Below, one piece after another: positions 29,947 to 41,216 of a DNA stretch of 64,000 bases. Numbering within the stretch: the stretch's first letter is position 1; each line of letters opens with the position of its first letter. A program made the position numbers and the translations under genes. The stretch spans positions 416,001 to 480,000 of the forward strand of contig CAWJEN010000006.1 in the NCBI GenBank assembly GCA_963841915.1, read 5' to 3'. Under the pieces are notes generated by a model. It ran no database searches. It was not told where the DNA came from and saw nothing but the letters and a program-made list of their open reading frames with translations. The stretch is from an uncultured Planctomycetota bacterium (GTDB taxonomy: Bacteria > Planctomycetota > Phycisphaerae > Tepidisphaerales > Tepidisphaeraceae).

Positions 29947-32292
29947 TCAGATGACGGCCGACTCTTCGTCGGCAAAGAGCGACGCCGTCGGTCGCGCGAT
30001 GGCGATCGACTGGCCGAAGTTGCTGCGGAGCACGGCGAAGTCGAGGATGCTGACGGTGCCGTCGTAGTTGAAGTCGCCCGTCGAGAACAGGCCGTTCGAG
30101 CCGAAGTTGCTGCGAAGCACGGCGAAGTCCAGGATGCTGACCGTCCGGTCACCATTGGCGTCACCGGCCAGGACGTCGAAGGTGAAGGAGGCGTCGTCGG
30201 TTGCCGCGTTACCACCGAGGTCGGTGACGTCGGCGGCGGCGATGCGGGCTTGCCACACGCCGTTCCCCAGCAGCGTCCCGCCAGCCGGCGTGGCCCAGAT
30301 GGCCTCACGACCGGCGACGGCGAAGTTCAACTGCGAGACATCGTAGCTTGAACCGTCAGACAGGTTGTCGAGCACAAGGTCACCGGCCGACAGTGCTGCG
30401 ACATCGAGGGCCTCGTCGAACAGGAAGCGAATCTGCTGTGTTGCTTCGCGAACGAATGTGGCGTCGGCCAGCTCGGGTCCGGTCGAGTCGAAGCCGGGCG
30501 CGTTGATGTTGACGCCGTAGGTGTTTGTCGCTCCCGACCAGCCGTAGACGCGCAGGTAGTACGTCTGGCCCTCGACGACATTGGCATTGAGAGTTTCGAT
30601 ATTGGTCGTGCCGGTGCTGGTGTCGATCTGCGCGCTGCTGGACGGGCCGTTGTACAGCGTCGTGTCGAGGTCGCCGTTGGCGTCGATGAAGTTGACGGTG
30701 ATCGTCAGCGGTCCGCTGTCGGCGGCGGTGAACTTGTAGTAGTCCTGGTCGCTGCTGGTGGAAATGGAGGCGCCGCTGAAGTCGGTGGTGCCGAGAACGC
30801 CGAGGTTGACGGCGGTGGCGAAGCCGTCGTTGGGCTCGACATCGCCCACGCCGCCACCACCGCTGTTGTCTGCCGAGCCGACGCGGAGCGTACCGGCCAG
30901 AGCCGAGTTGTTGGTGTCGCTGATCTCGACGACGCTGTTGGCAGCGTCGACGACGTAACCGATGTTGTACACGCCAGCGCCCAGCGATGCCGGTAGGCGA
31001 CCGACGATGGACGTTGACGAGCTGGCGGCGAAGGGGATCACCTCGGCGGTTGTGCCCTCAGCCAGCAGAATGTCGTCACCATTGCCCAGCACGCCGTCGA
31101 CCGAGGCGTAGACGCTGAAGGTCACGTCGTTGGCGATGGCGGTGCCGGTATTACGGACCGCGCCACCGAAGTCGAATTGACCTCCGACCGGCAGAACCAT
31201 GTCGCTGCCGGACGCGGCAACTGTCAGATCGGCCAGATCGTTAGGAGCGCGGGCGGCATCATCGGCCAGCTTCCAAAGGTTGATGTCGCCGATCTTGCGA
31301 TCGGTGATGCGGGAAGCGGAGTTGAAGCCGCCGCTGGGTGACGAGCCGCCGTAGCCGTGGACGGCCAGGACCTGCGGGACGCTGTCGCCGTCGAGCTGTT
31401 CCCAAACGCTGCTGCCGCTCGAGCCACCGGCCGTGTCGAGCGTGCCGTTGTAGAAGACCTTGCCGGCGTCTGCGTTGGCGACCTGACCTTCGGCGCTCCA
31501 CTGCGTGCCTAGCGGCTTATCGCCCGGGTACTGCAGAATGGTGACGTCCTTGCCGTTGAGGGCGCCGAGATCGTCGTAGCTGCGGTAACCGAAGTAGCCG
31601 GTGTAGTCACCGATCGAGCGGTCGAGAGTCATGACGGCCCAGTCGTGCTCCCACTGGCCGTTGAGGCGGTACTCGTCGTAGACGCGGACGAAGGTAACTT
31701 CTGCGGTGCCGTAGGGCTTGTCGTTGCTGCCGTTCTGGCCGAGGCTGACAGCGAGTTGGCTCGCGGGGCGGATGTTCGACCCGCTGAGTGTGCAGTGCGC
31801 GGCGGTGAGGAAGTGGTAAGGCCCGATCATCGCGCCGCTGCACCCCAATTGCATCCGGCCCACGGCGCTGAAGGGGAAGCCGGTCGCATCCGTCACCCGC
31901 GTGCGGTCATCGACGGCGTCGACGCTGCGCCCGCCACTGACGACCGGGTCCTTGCTGTCGAACATCGTGTCGTCGACGCCATGGGTCAGGCCATCTGGCC
32001 GATATCCGCCGGTGACGTTGCCGTCGAGAATGCTGTTGACGTTGTTAAGGAAGTCGTCTGGCGAACCGAGTGACGCCAGCAGCGCGTCGAGCCCACCAGC
32101 AAATCCCTCGGCTGCAAGGCTCGCATCCAGTACGGCAGCATCCTGATCACTGAGCATCTGCCCCGCGTCGAGCACCTGCTCGGTACCGGCGATGAGGTCG
32201 TACTCGGTGACGCGGGTCGTCGACAAGAGGCGACGGCGTTCGAGCGACTCGAGCGTGGCGGCGGCAGCGTGGCCGAGGGCGGAGGACGGCAT
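29947..32292 (-). CDS. Exported V8/trypsin-like serine protease with CARDB-like, PPC, Ig-like and dockerin domains
   Basis: LESLERRRLLS leader; LTAAHC, HDWAV, TAGGSSGS triad motifs; VEPNDG...DQDYYKF PPC. Confidence 0.85.
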   Translation of the reverse strand: MPSSALGHAAAATLESLERRRLLSTTRVTEYDLIAGTEQVLDAGQMLSDQDAAVLDASLAAEGFAGGLDALLASLGSPDDFLNNVNSILDGNVTGGYRPDGLTHGVDDTMFDSKDPVVSGGRSVDAVDDRTRVTDATGFPFSAVGRMQLGCSGAMIGPYHFLTAAHCTLSGSNIRPASQLAVSLGQNGSNDKPYGTAEVTFVRVYDEYRLNGQWEHDWAVMTLDRSIGDYTGYFGYRSYDDLGALNGKDVTILQYPGDKPLGTQWSAEGQVANADAGKVFYNGTLDTAGGSSGSSVWEQLDGDSVPQVLAVHGYGGSSPSGGFNSASRITDRKIGDINLWKLADDAARAPNDLADLTVAASGSDMVLPVGGQFDFGGAVRNTGTAIANDVTFSVYASVDGVLGNGDDILLAEGTTAEVIPFAASSSTSIVGRLPASLGAGVYNIGYVVDAANSVVEISDTNNSALAGTLRVGSADNSGGGGVGDVEPNDGFATAVNLGVLGTTDFSGASISTSSDQDYYKFTAADSGPLTITVNFIDANGDLDTTLYNGPSSSAQIDTSTGTTNIETLNANVVEGQTYYLRVYGWSGATNTYGVNINAPGFDSTGPELADATFVREATQQIRFLFDEALDVAALSAGDLVLDNLSDGSSYDVSQLNFAVAGREAIWATPAGGTLLGNGVWQARIAAADVTDLGGNAATDDASFTFDVLAGDANGDRTVSILDFAVLRSNFGSNGLFSTGDFNYDGTVSILDFAVLRSNFGQSIAIARPTASLFADEESAVI
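30013..30165 (-). repeat. Dockerin-like duplicated motif, copy B
   Basis: [22 protein letters not shown]...[22 protein letters not shown]. Confidence 0.85.
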
Positions 32293-32501
32293 GAGCAATC
32301 TCTGGAAGAAAATCAGATTCGGTGGCGACAAAATGTCGCCACAAGGGCGACAACAAAGGTACTCGCTACCTGCTAGTGCGGCAACAGGTTCGATAACGCA
32401 AATTTGTCGTACATGCCGTCTCGCGTCCACGGGGCCGGCAGGCAGTCCATTCGGATCGAGATTTCCAGCCCCGGCAGGGTATTGAAGCGGCAGACACGCC
32501 C

Positions 32502-34205
32502 TTATCGCGCTGTGCCATACTGCTCGGCGAACTTCTGCTCCGTGCGAGCATCACCGATGAGCAGGATGTCGCCCTCTACCGGCAGCATCGTGTCACTAGG
32601 CGGATTGACCGTCATCACGCCATCGACCACCGTCGCGATGATCGTTGCGCCCGTGTCCTGACGCACACTCGTTTCGGCCAGCACAAGCCCGGTCAGGGCG
32701 TCAGGGATCGGCACGCGCACGATGCTCAATCCCTCGGCAACTGGGACGACACTGTCCTGACGCAGCAGGTTCATCACGCGACTTGCGCCAAGGCTAGCCG
32801 TCGACATCACGGAGTCGGCGCCGGCGCGGTGCAACGTGCGGACGTTGCTCTCGTGCGTCGCGCGGCTGACGATCTGCAAGTCCGGACGAAGGTCGCGCAG
32901 CAGAATCGTCAGGTAAATGTTGGCTGAGTCGTCGTGCGGCGTGAGCAGGACGGCAGGGGTCGTGTCGATGCCGGCCCGCTTGAGCGTCTCACCGTCGGCG
33001 GCGTCACCGACGATGAAGCGGTCTTCGTTGATGTCCGGTGGGCGGCGGGTCGGATCGCTTTCCACCATAATCCAGTCGACACCGCGTTCGGTTAATGCTT
33101 GAGCCGCCGCCCGGCCGACGCGGCCACCACCGACGAGGATGACGGGATCGCCCGTGACGTTGTAGATCGCAAAGCCTTCATCGTAGAATTCGAGCTGTTG
33201 TCGCGTACCGCCGAGCAGTAACACAGAGCGTTCACCGATCATGGTGCCGGGTTGGGCGACGGTGAATTCGCCGCGTTCCCACAGGCCAAGCACGACGACG
33301 CCGAATTCGGCCGAAATGTTGTTCTCGGCGATGGTTTTACCGACCAGCGGTGTGCGGGCAGCGTTGGCTTCAGCGATCTGCAGGTCACCGATGGCGTCGA
33401 TGACGTGGCTCCGCGCGTCACCGCCGATGCACCGACGGGCCATCGCCTCGCCCGTCAGATCCGCCAGCACCACGGCGTGTGTCGCACCGGCCAGCTTGAG
33501 CACCTCGGCACTTCGCAAACGTCCGACGCTGGCAACTATGGGCACGTGGGTCGATACCTCGCGGGCGACGAACGTGATCTTCGTGTTTGTTGCGTCGTCA
33601 CACGTTGTGGCCAACAGGGCGGCATTTGTCAGGCGGCATCGGCGGTACGTCTCGACATCACCGAGGCTGCCAACCATGACGTGCAGGCCGGAGTCGTTGA
33701 GGCGCAACGCCTCTTCGCGGTCCGGCACGATCAGCACGTAGTCAAAGCCAAACCGCTGACACCGGGCGATGACGCTGCTGGCCACCGGATCGTGCTGCGT
33801 CAGGACGATGTGCCCGCGCGTGTTGGGGTCCAGCTCCGTCGGTGCGCGACCGGCGACCTGTGCCTCAACCCACGGCTGATAAAAGAAGCGGATAACGGTA
33901 AACGGCAACAAAACCAGCAAGAACAACACGCCGCTGAGCAGAACGAGCAGGCTGAAGGCCCGGCCGACATCGCCCTCGAAGGTGATGTCCCCGAAGCCGA
34001 GCGTCGACATGACGGTCAGGGTCCAGTAGAAGCCCGTGGTCCAGGAGTGGTCCTGGTCCTCCATCGCCATGAGGTAGTGAAACGTGACGCTGTAGGCCAC
34101 GATCATCACCATCAGGACGAACATGAACCGCCACAGCAGCACGCGATTGTGCTTACCGGGGCGGTCCTTGGCCCAGATAGCGAGTTGTGCGCCGAAGCCC
34201 TTCAC
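32502..34205 (-). CDS. Potassium channel with tandem RCK (TrkA_N/TrkA_C) domains
   Basis: FYWTLTVMSTLGFGDI filter; VGGGRVG Rossmann motif; two TrkA_C-like segments. Confidence 0.9.
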   Translation of the reverse strand: MKGFGAQLAIWAKDRPGKHNRVLLWRFMFVLMVMIVAYSVTFHYLMAMEDQDHSWTTGFYWTLTVMSTLGFGDITFEGDVGRAFSLLVLLSGVLFLLVLLPFTVIRFFYQPWVEAQVAGRAPTELDPNTRGHIVLTQHDPVASSVIARCQRFGFDYVLIVPDREEALRLNDSGLHVMVGSLGDVETYRRCRLTNAALLATTCDDATNTKITFVAREVSTHVPIVASVGRLRSAEVLKLAGATHAVVLADLTGEAMARRCIGGDARSHVIDAIGDLQIAEANAARTPLVGKTIAENNISAEFGVVVLGLWERGEFTVAQPGTMIGERSVLLLGGTRQQLEFYDEGFAIYNVTGDPVILVGGGRVGRAAAQALTERGVDWIMVESDPTRRPPDINEDRFIVGDAADGETLKRAGIDTTPAVLLTPHDDSANIYLTILLRDLRPDLQIVSRATHESNVRTLHRAGADSVMSTASLGASRVMNLLRQDSVVPVAEGLSIVRVPIPDALTGLVLAETSVRQDTGATIIATVVDGVMTVNPPSDTMLPVEGDILLIGDARTEQKFAEQYGTAR

Positions 34206-34273
34206 GTCGAGAAACGTAGCGTGCGGGGGCAACGCCGGCCAGGCGGCCCGTCGCAGTACACCGCCGCGGCCGG

Positions 34274-36502
34274 CTACTCATCCACGTCCAGCAGGTGCTC
34301 CACAAAGAACTCACGACGCTTGCGTTCGCCGTAAGAACCACCACTCGTGTGGCCGGCATTGGGGATGACGAGCAGGTCGAAGTCCTTGTCGGCTTGGATG
34401 AGTGCGTCGACGACCTGCATTGTGCTGGCTGGGTCGACGTTCTGATCAACCTCGCCGAGGATCAGTAGCAAATGCCCTTGAAGCTTGGCGGCGTGGGTGA
34501 CGTTGCTCTGCTCTGCGTAGTGCGGACCGACCGGCCAGCCCATCCAGTATTCGTTCCACCAGATCTTGTCTATGCGGTTGTCGTGACAGCCGCATGCGCT
34601 GACGCAGACTTTGTAGAAGTCGGGGTACATCAGCATGCCTCGGAGGCTGGCTTGACCGCCTGCGCTGGTGCCGTAGATACCGACGCGGTCCAGGTCCATG
34701 AACGGGAACTTCGCCGCCGCTGCCTTAATCCATGGGATGCGATCCGGGAATCCGGCATCGCCGAGATTCTTGTAGCCGATGTCCCAGTGACGGCGGCTCG
34801 GCCAGACCGTGACGGCCGGGTCATTGACCACCACGATGAAGCCCAATTCCGCCAGCGCGCGGCGGCCGTTGTACGCTTGGAACCCCTTGGGTGCGATCGG
34901 CAGCCCCATGTAAATGTCTTCGATGATTGGGTACTTCTTCGACTCGTCCAGATCGGTTGGCGTGTAGATCGCACCGTGGACGATCAGCGTCTCGTCACGT
35001 CCTTCGGCAGCAAAGGCAATCGGGGGTTTCCACCCGGTGGCGTACAACGCCGAAGCGTCGGCCTCTTCAAGGGTCGCCAGTAACTGACCGTCGTCGCCTC
35101 CCCGAAACTCGTGCACCGGCGGCTGATCGATGCGTGACCAGGTGACGGTGTAGTGCGACCGGTCCGGTGAGAAGCTCGGCTCGTCGTGGGTGCCGTCAGC
35201 GTCTGTGAGCCAGGTAACGTTGCCGTCGAGATCGACCTTCGCGAAATGCGTGTAAAGCGGATCACGACCATCGGGTCGGCCGTAGGTCTGTAGCCAGAGC
35301 AGTTGCTTTTCATCGTCGTTTGCGATGATCTTGCGGACCGCCCAGTCGCCTTGCGTGAGCTGGCGAATGATTTCGCCCTTGTCTGCATCGAAAAGGTACA
35401 AGTGGTTCCAGCCGTCGCGCTCGCTCATCCAGATGACGCGGGTGTCGTCGATCCAGCGGAGGTAGTACTTGTCCTGGTGAGCGATGTGCGTGTCGCGAGC
35501 TTCTTCGATAACGGTCCGCGAGACGCCGGTATCAGCATTAACGGAGACGACCCGCATCACGAGATGCCCTCGCTCGTTATAGACAAAGCTGAATGCCGAC
35601 GCATCGCCTCGCCAGCGGATGTCGCGGATCGACCACGGGTTGGGCCACAACGCGTCGTCCACTTTGACCTGCGTCGGCTCACCCGTCTCGGCATCCTCGA
35701 CGTGGAACAGTTGCGGCTTGGCAATCGGGATCTGGTCACCAGCCTTGCGGTACGAGAACTCGATAAGCTCCGGCTGCAATTGGTCGACGGGGCTCGTGCG
35801 GACGATCTTGACCTTGCGGTCAAAGCCATCTCGGGTCCGCAAGACGACGAACTTTTTAGAGTCCGGCGACCAGTAGACGCGGCCGTCGTAGGCGTCCGTC
35901 GGTGAGCCGTCAAAGCTGACTTGCACCATCGGTGCGTTGAGGCGCTTCAGAAAAACGTTGTGGTCACGCAGAATGACGCGAAAGGTGCCGTCGGGCGAGG
36001 AGCGGGCGTCGTCCTCGGACTCCCGCCGGTTTTGGCGTTCCTGATGCTCGACCGGGTCGAGCATCTCAATCGCAACACCATCGGTGAATTTTGCCCGCCA
36101 CCGCTTGTCACCAGCATCGAACTCGATGATGACGACGGCGTCGCCATCAATCAGCTTGACATTTTGCAGTGGCAACGCGTCTGCAGCGACATCCTCGCCG
36201 AGTTCCTTGGCCAAAGCTTGTGCGAGTATTGCGTGGTCAAAGGCGGGCGACGGTTCGGGTGACTCGGCCGACGCCTTCTTCCAAGCGTGCGTTCTCGGGC
36301 CGGTCGACGCTCGGTAGATGAGCGAGGCTCCGTTGGCCCAAATCGGCGTCAGCTTCATGCCGACGACCTTGTCGCGGTACAGCTCTGGCAACTTGTCGGC
36401 CGCGGCGTGTTTGGCATCGGTTGCCGCCACTGCGGAGGAACAGGCACAGGCCAGCAGGGCGAGCAGAACGATGAGTAGACGACGCTTCAAGTGCGTTATC
36501 AT
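34274..36502 (-). CDS. Exported S9 family peptidase (dipeptidyl-peptidase IV-like)
   Basis: Signal peptide; beta-propeller (SERDGWNHLY); GTSAGG, DQNVDP and GH triad motifs. Confidence 0.9.
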   Translation of the reverse strand: MITHLKRRLLIVLLALLACACSSAVAATDAKHAAADKLPELYRDKVVGMKLTPIWANGASLIYRASTGPRTHAWKKASAESPEPSPAFDHAILAQALAKELGEDVAADALPLQNVKLIDGDAVVIIEFDAGDKRWRAKFTDGVAIEMLDPVEHQERQNRRESEDDARSSPDGTFRVILRDHNVFLKRLNAPMVQVSFDGSPTDAYDGRVYWSPDSKKFVVLRTRDGFDRKVKIVRTSPVDQLQPELIEFSYRKAGDQIPIAKPQLFHVEDAETGEPTQVKVDDALWPNPWSIRDIRWRGDASAFSFVYNERGHLVMRVVSVNADTGVSRTVIEEARDTHIAHQDKYYLRWIDDTRVIWMSERDGWNHLYLFDADKGEIIRQLTQGDWAVRKIIANDDEKQLLWLQTYGRPDGRDPLYTHFAKVDLDGNVTWLTDADGTHDEPSFSPDRSHYTVTWSRIDQPPVHEFRGGDDGQLLATLEEADASALYATGWKPPIAFAAEGRDETLIVHGAIYTPTDLDESKKYPIIEDIYMGLPIAPKGFQAYNGRRALAELGFIVVVNDPAVTVWPSRRHWDIGYKNLGDAGFPDRIPWIKAAAAKFPFMDLDRVGIYGTSAGGQASLRGMLMYPDFYKVCVSACGCHDNRIDKIWWNEYWMGWPVGPHYAEQSNVTHAAKLQGHLLLILGEVDQNVDPASTMQVVDALIQADKDFDLLVIPNAGHTSGGSYGERKRREFFVEHLLDVDE

Positions 36503-36562
36503 CGACCAGTCGAGGCCGCCCGCAAGTTCTGGTGACCGCGTTCTACATCCAAAACCCTGCAA

Positions 36563-36597
36563 TAGAAAGGAGCGGCGACCTTTCGGCCACCGCTCCT
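36563..36597 (-). terminator. Terminator after atpD
   Basis: Minus strand AGGAGCGGTGGCC-GAAA-GGTCGCCGCTCCT-TTCT. Confidence 0.7.
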
Positions 36598-36621
36598 GAG
36601 TACTTCAAAGTTGAGTCGGTC

Positions 36622-38262
<1,641 letters not shown>

Positions 38263-38319
38263 TCAATCTGCCGCCCAAACCCCTGAGGTGGGGATCTGCT
38301 AAAGCGTTGCGATCAGACG

Positions 38320-38348
38320 TTGGCAGCCAAGCCCCACGTGGGTATAGT
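38320..38348 (+). promoter_or_regulatory. Sigma70-type promoter
   Basis: TTGGCA (38320-38325), 17-nt spacer, TATAGT (38343-38348). Confidence 0.6.
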
Positions 38349-38354
38349 TATTTA

Positions 38355-38460
38355 GGAAACAGCATCCCCCCGACCGCATTTGTTGTGGCCGGTCGCGACT
38401 GCCCCCGACGCGACTGGTTCACACGCAGGCCCTTGTCTTATGACAGGGGCCTGTTTTGTT
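38355..38460 (+). ncRNA. Candidate small RNA (about 105 nt), 3' end antisense to the end of aroC
   Basis: Bounded by the promoter above and a plus-strand intrinsic terminator; no credible ORF; repeated CCCCCGAC. Confidence 0.5.
38426..38460 (+). terminator. Intrinsic terminator on the plus strand
   Basis: CAGGCCCTTGTC-TTAT-GACAGGGGCCTG-TTTTGTT; the G-U pair and U-tract work only on the plus strand. Confidence 0.7.
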
Positions 38461-39637
38461 GATGTTCTTGAACTGTCACTTTTCGCGCCGCTGCGAGAAA
38501 CGCGTCGTAGTTCTGACGCATCTCTCGCACGCTGTCGCCGCCAAATTTGTCAACAAGGGCGGTTGCGATCTCGAAAGCCACCACGTTCTCAAGCACCACG
38601 CCTGCCGCGCTGATGGCAGAGACATCGCTGCGTTCCCAGCCGGCCTCGCTGGCTTCTTTTGTGTTAAGATCGATCGACCGCAGCGGCTTGCCCAGCGTGC
38701 TAATCGGTTTCATCGCCGCCCGGACGACCACCGGCTGGCCGTTGGTCATGCCGCCTTCGAGCCCGCCGGCGTTGTTGCTGCCACGCTTGTATCCGAGCGT
38801 CGGCGTCTCGCGAGTCGTCTCGTCGAAGAAGATCTCATCATGCACCTGTGAGCCGGGCCGACGTGCAGTCTCAAAACCTAGTCCGATCTCGACGCCCTTG
38901 AACGCCTGAATGCCCATGACCGCTCCGCCGATGCGACTGTCGAGCTTATCAAACCAGTTCATGCTCGAGCCGAGCCCGACAGGGCAGCCGAAGACGTGAC
39001 ACTCGATGATGCCGCCTGCGGTGTCTTTGGCCATCTTCTGGTCGCGAATAAACGACCGCATCTGCTCGGCTGCCGCTTCGTCGGGGCAGTAAAGGTCGTT
39101 GGCGTCACGCCGAATCAGCATGTCACGCCAGTTCTCAGCCGTGACCTCGAATTCACCCGTGGCGGGTCCGACGGCGCGGACAAAGCCGAACGCCTCGATG
39201 TCGAACATCTTGAGTAGACACCTGGACAACGCACCGGCTGCAACCCGTGCCGCCGTCTCGCGGGCGCTGGCCCGTTCGAGTGTCTCACGGCAGTCGGTCG
39301 TGAGCCATTTGGCCGCGCCGGCCAAGTCGGCATGTCCCGGCCGGGGCTTGTAGAGCGGGGGCGTCCGCTCCAGATCGTCCAGGCGGCTGTCCTTGTTCTT
39401 GACCTTCATGACGATCGGCGCACCGGTCGACTTGCCCAGCCGCACGCCGCTGAGGTACTCGGCTTTGTCAGTCTCGATCTTCTGCCTTCCCCCGCGGCCG
39501 TACCCGCCTTGACGCCGTTTGAGCTCCAAGTCGACAAAGTCACTGTCGATCTCCACACCCGCAGGCATGCCATCGACCAGCGCAAAGAGCCCGGGCCCGT
39601 GCGATTCTCCGGCAGTGCGATACGAAAGCGTCGGCAT
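38438..39637 (-). CDS. aroC: Chorismate synthase
   Basis: TAGESHG, RRQGGYGRGGR, PRPGHAD, ERASARETA, NNAGGLEGGMTNG. Confidence 0.97.
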   Translation of the reverse strand: MPTLSYRTAGESHGPGLFALVDGMPAGVEIDSDFVDLELKRRQGGYGRGGRQKIETDKAEYLSGVRLGKSTGAPIVMKVKNKDSRLDDLERTPPLYKPRPGHADLAGAAKWLTTDCRETLERASARETAARVAAGALSRCLLKMFDIEAFGFVRAVGPATGEFEVTAENWRDMLIRRDANDLYCPDEAAAEQMRSFIRDQKMAKDTAGGIIECHVFGCPVGLGSSMNWFDKLDSRIGGAVMGIQAFKGVEIGLGFETARRPGSQVHDEIFFDETTRETPTLGYKRGSNNAGGLEGGMTNGQPVVVRAAMKPISTLGKPLRSIDLNTKEASEAGWERSDVSAISAAGVVLENVVAFEIATALVDKFGGDSVREMRQNYDAFLAAARKVTVQEHQQNRPLS

Positions 39638-39646
39638 TGCCGCAGC

Positions 39647-40312
39647 CTATTCCCCTGCACGTTCCACGTGGAACAAGTCGCTGCGTGTCGTGACCTTCAC
39701 GTTACCGGTATCTCCGGCGACGACGCGTACCGGGTAGCCTGCCGCTTCGAGCACACTCGCATCATCCGTCGCCCCGGCCGGTGCTCGCTCCAGCGCCTCG
39801 ACATACCAATCCAGCCGCATCGCCTGAGGCGTCTGCACCGCCACCAGCTCCGCCCGGGGCAACGTCTCGACGACTACTCCGTCACGACGCCGCTTGATCG
39901 TGTCCGTCACCGCCACGCCCGGAACGGCAGCACCGAACTGCAAGGCAGTGTCGAAGACACGGTCGATCAGTTCCTGCTTCACCATCGGTCTGGCCGCGTC
40001 GTGAACGGCGACGAAGGCGGGCACCAAATCCATCCGACGGACCAGGTCGATGCCGCGTCCGACGCTGTCGTGCCTCGTCTGGCCGCCCTCGCACCACGTC
40101 ACCCGACCCGGCTCGACATCGAGCGACGCCACCACGTCCGCCCGCTTGCGTGGCCCGACCACCACAACGACGGCCACATCGGCACGTCTGGCGAAAGCGT
40201 CGATGGCGTGCTGCAGTACCGTCCGCCCGTCGGACAACGTCACATCGAGCTTGTCGCTTCCGAAGCGCGAACCCGAGCCTGCTGCTGGAAGGATGACGCT
40301 GAAAGAGGCCAC
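39647..40312 (-). CDS. ispD: 2-C-methyl-D-erythritol 4-phosphate cytidylyltransferase
   Basis: PAAGSGSRFG, VHDAARP, QTPQ, TDDAS, NVKVTTRSD. Confidence 0.93.
   Translation of the reverse strand: MASFSVILPAAGSGSRFGSDKLDVTLSDGRTVLQHAIDAFARRADVAVVVVVGPRKRADVVASLDVEPGRVTWCEGGQTRHDSVGRGIDLVRRMDLVPAFVAVHDAARPMVKQELIDRVFDTALQFGAAVPGVAVTDTIKRRRDGVVVETLPRAELVAVQTPQAMRLDWYVEALERAPAGATDDASVLEAAGYPVRVVAGDTGNVKVTTRSDLFHVERAGE
39660..39675. promoter_or_regulatory. parS site embedded in the ispD 3' end
   Basis: CGTTCCACGTGGAACA (15/16 match). Confidence 0.8.
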
Positions 40313-40329
40313 GATTCTATAGATTCTTA

Positions 40330-41052
40330 CTAAAAAAGATCCTCGAGAATGCCCTGCACGTCGTGCTTCATGCACGTGAACATGGGCGTGTCTCGCTGGG
40401 TGTAGAGGCTCGAGTCGGTTTCGCGAAGCTGCTGCACCAGGTCAAGGAAGTCGCTCGGCACGTCGGTTTCGAAGGCGACGACAAAGTCCTGGTCGTCGAG
40501 ACCGAAGCTGTAGGTCGTGTTGAGCTTGACGCTCGGGTAGTCGTTGCCGACGCGAATGTGCTCGGTCATGGCGGCCTGGCGTTCTTCGAGCGTCTTGAGG
40601 TACCACGGCCGCGTTTTGACGAACGGGTAGACGAACAGGAACTTGCGCCTGCCCGGAACGATCTTGGCGCGGCTGTTCTCGTCGTGGAATGGATCGACCG
40701 GGTCGACGTATTGGCTGCGTTTCGTCATCGCCAGGAAGCGGTGGCTGACCTCGAGGAAGCCGGCCAGACGCGTGCGGTTGAGCTTGGCCTCCTGCTCGCG
40801 CAGGACATCGGCGTCGTAGGCGATACGCCAGACGATGAAGTCGGTGTCGGTTTTGAGGCCGACGGTCGAGTAGGTGAGCTGGATGTACTCCTGCCGCGTC
40901 TCGCCGAGCGCCTCGACGAACTGCTGCTTGATAGTCTCTTTCTCTTCGGTCCCGAGTCGGCGGACGCTGGGATCGATCTTGTACATCGTCCACGTCACGA
41001 ACTGTCGGCGGACGTCGGGGGTTGTTCCTGAAGTCGTTCCTGATTCACTCAC
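40330..41052 (-). CDS. Chlorite dismutase-like protein, probable coproheme decarboxylase (ChdC/HemQ)
   Basis: YSTVGLKTDTDF, FVYPFVKTRPWY, MTEHIRVG, SFGLDDQDFVVAFE. Confidence 0.8.
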   Translation of the reverse strand: MSESGTTSGTTPDVRRQFVTWTMYKIDPSVRRLGTEEKETIKQQFVEALGETRQEYIQLTYSTVGLKTDTDFIVWRIAYDADVLREQEAKLNRTRLAGFLEVSHRFLAMTKRSQYVDPVDPFHDENSRAKIVPGRRKFLFVYPFVKTRPWYLKTLEERQAAMTEHIRVGNDYPSVKLNTTYSFGLDDQDFVVAFETDVPSDFLDLVQQLRETDSSLYTQRDTPMFTCMKHDVQGILEDLF

Positions 41053-41124
41053 GCCGCAGCGTACGCGTCGGCGGCGCTGCGCCGCGGCGGCCGAATCGGC
41101 GTCGGCTTCGGCGGCGGGGCAGAA

Positions 41125-41140
41125 TGTTCCACGTGGAACA
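41125..41140. promoter_or_regulatory. parS site (core of a perfect 30-bp palindrome, 41118-41147)
   Basis: TGTTCCACGTGGAACA. Confidence 0.85.
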
Positions 41141-41200
41141 TTCTGCCGTCCCGGCAACCCTCGCCACGCTCGGCCATCACGGTTTCTGGCGCTCGCCCGA

Positions 41201-41216
41201 TGTTCCACGTGGAACA
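41201..41216. promoter_or_regulatory. parS site
   Basis: TGTTCCACGTGGAACA. Confidence 0.85.

Noticed and set aside
29868..30308. Longer start for the 28473 ORF given in the ORF track
   Set aside because: The extension is an off-frame reading of the upstream gene's dockerin. The LEARRLL leader points to the ATG at 29867.
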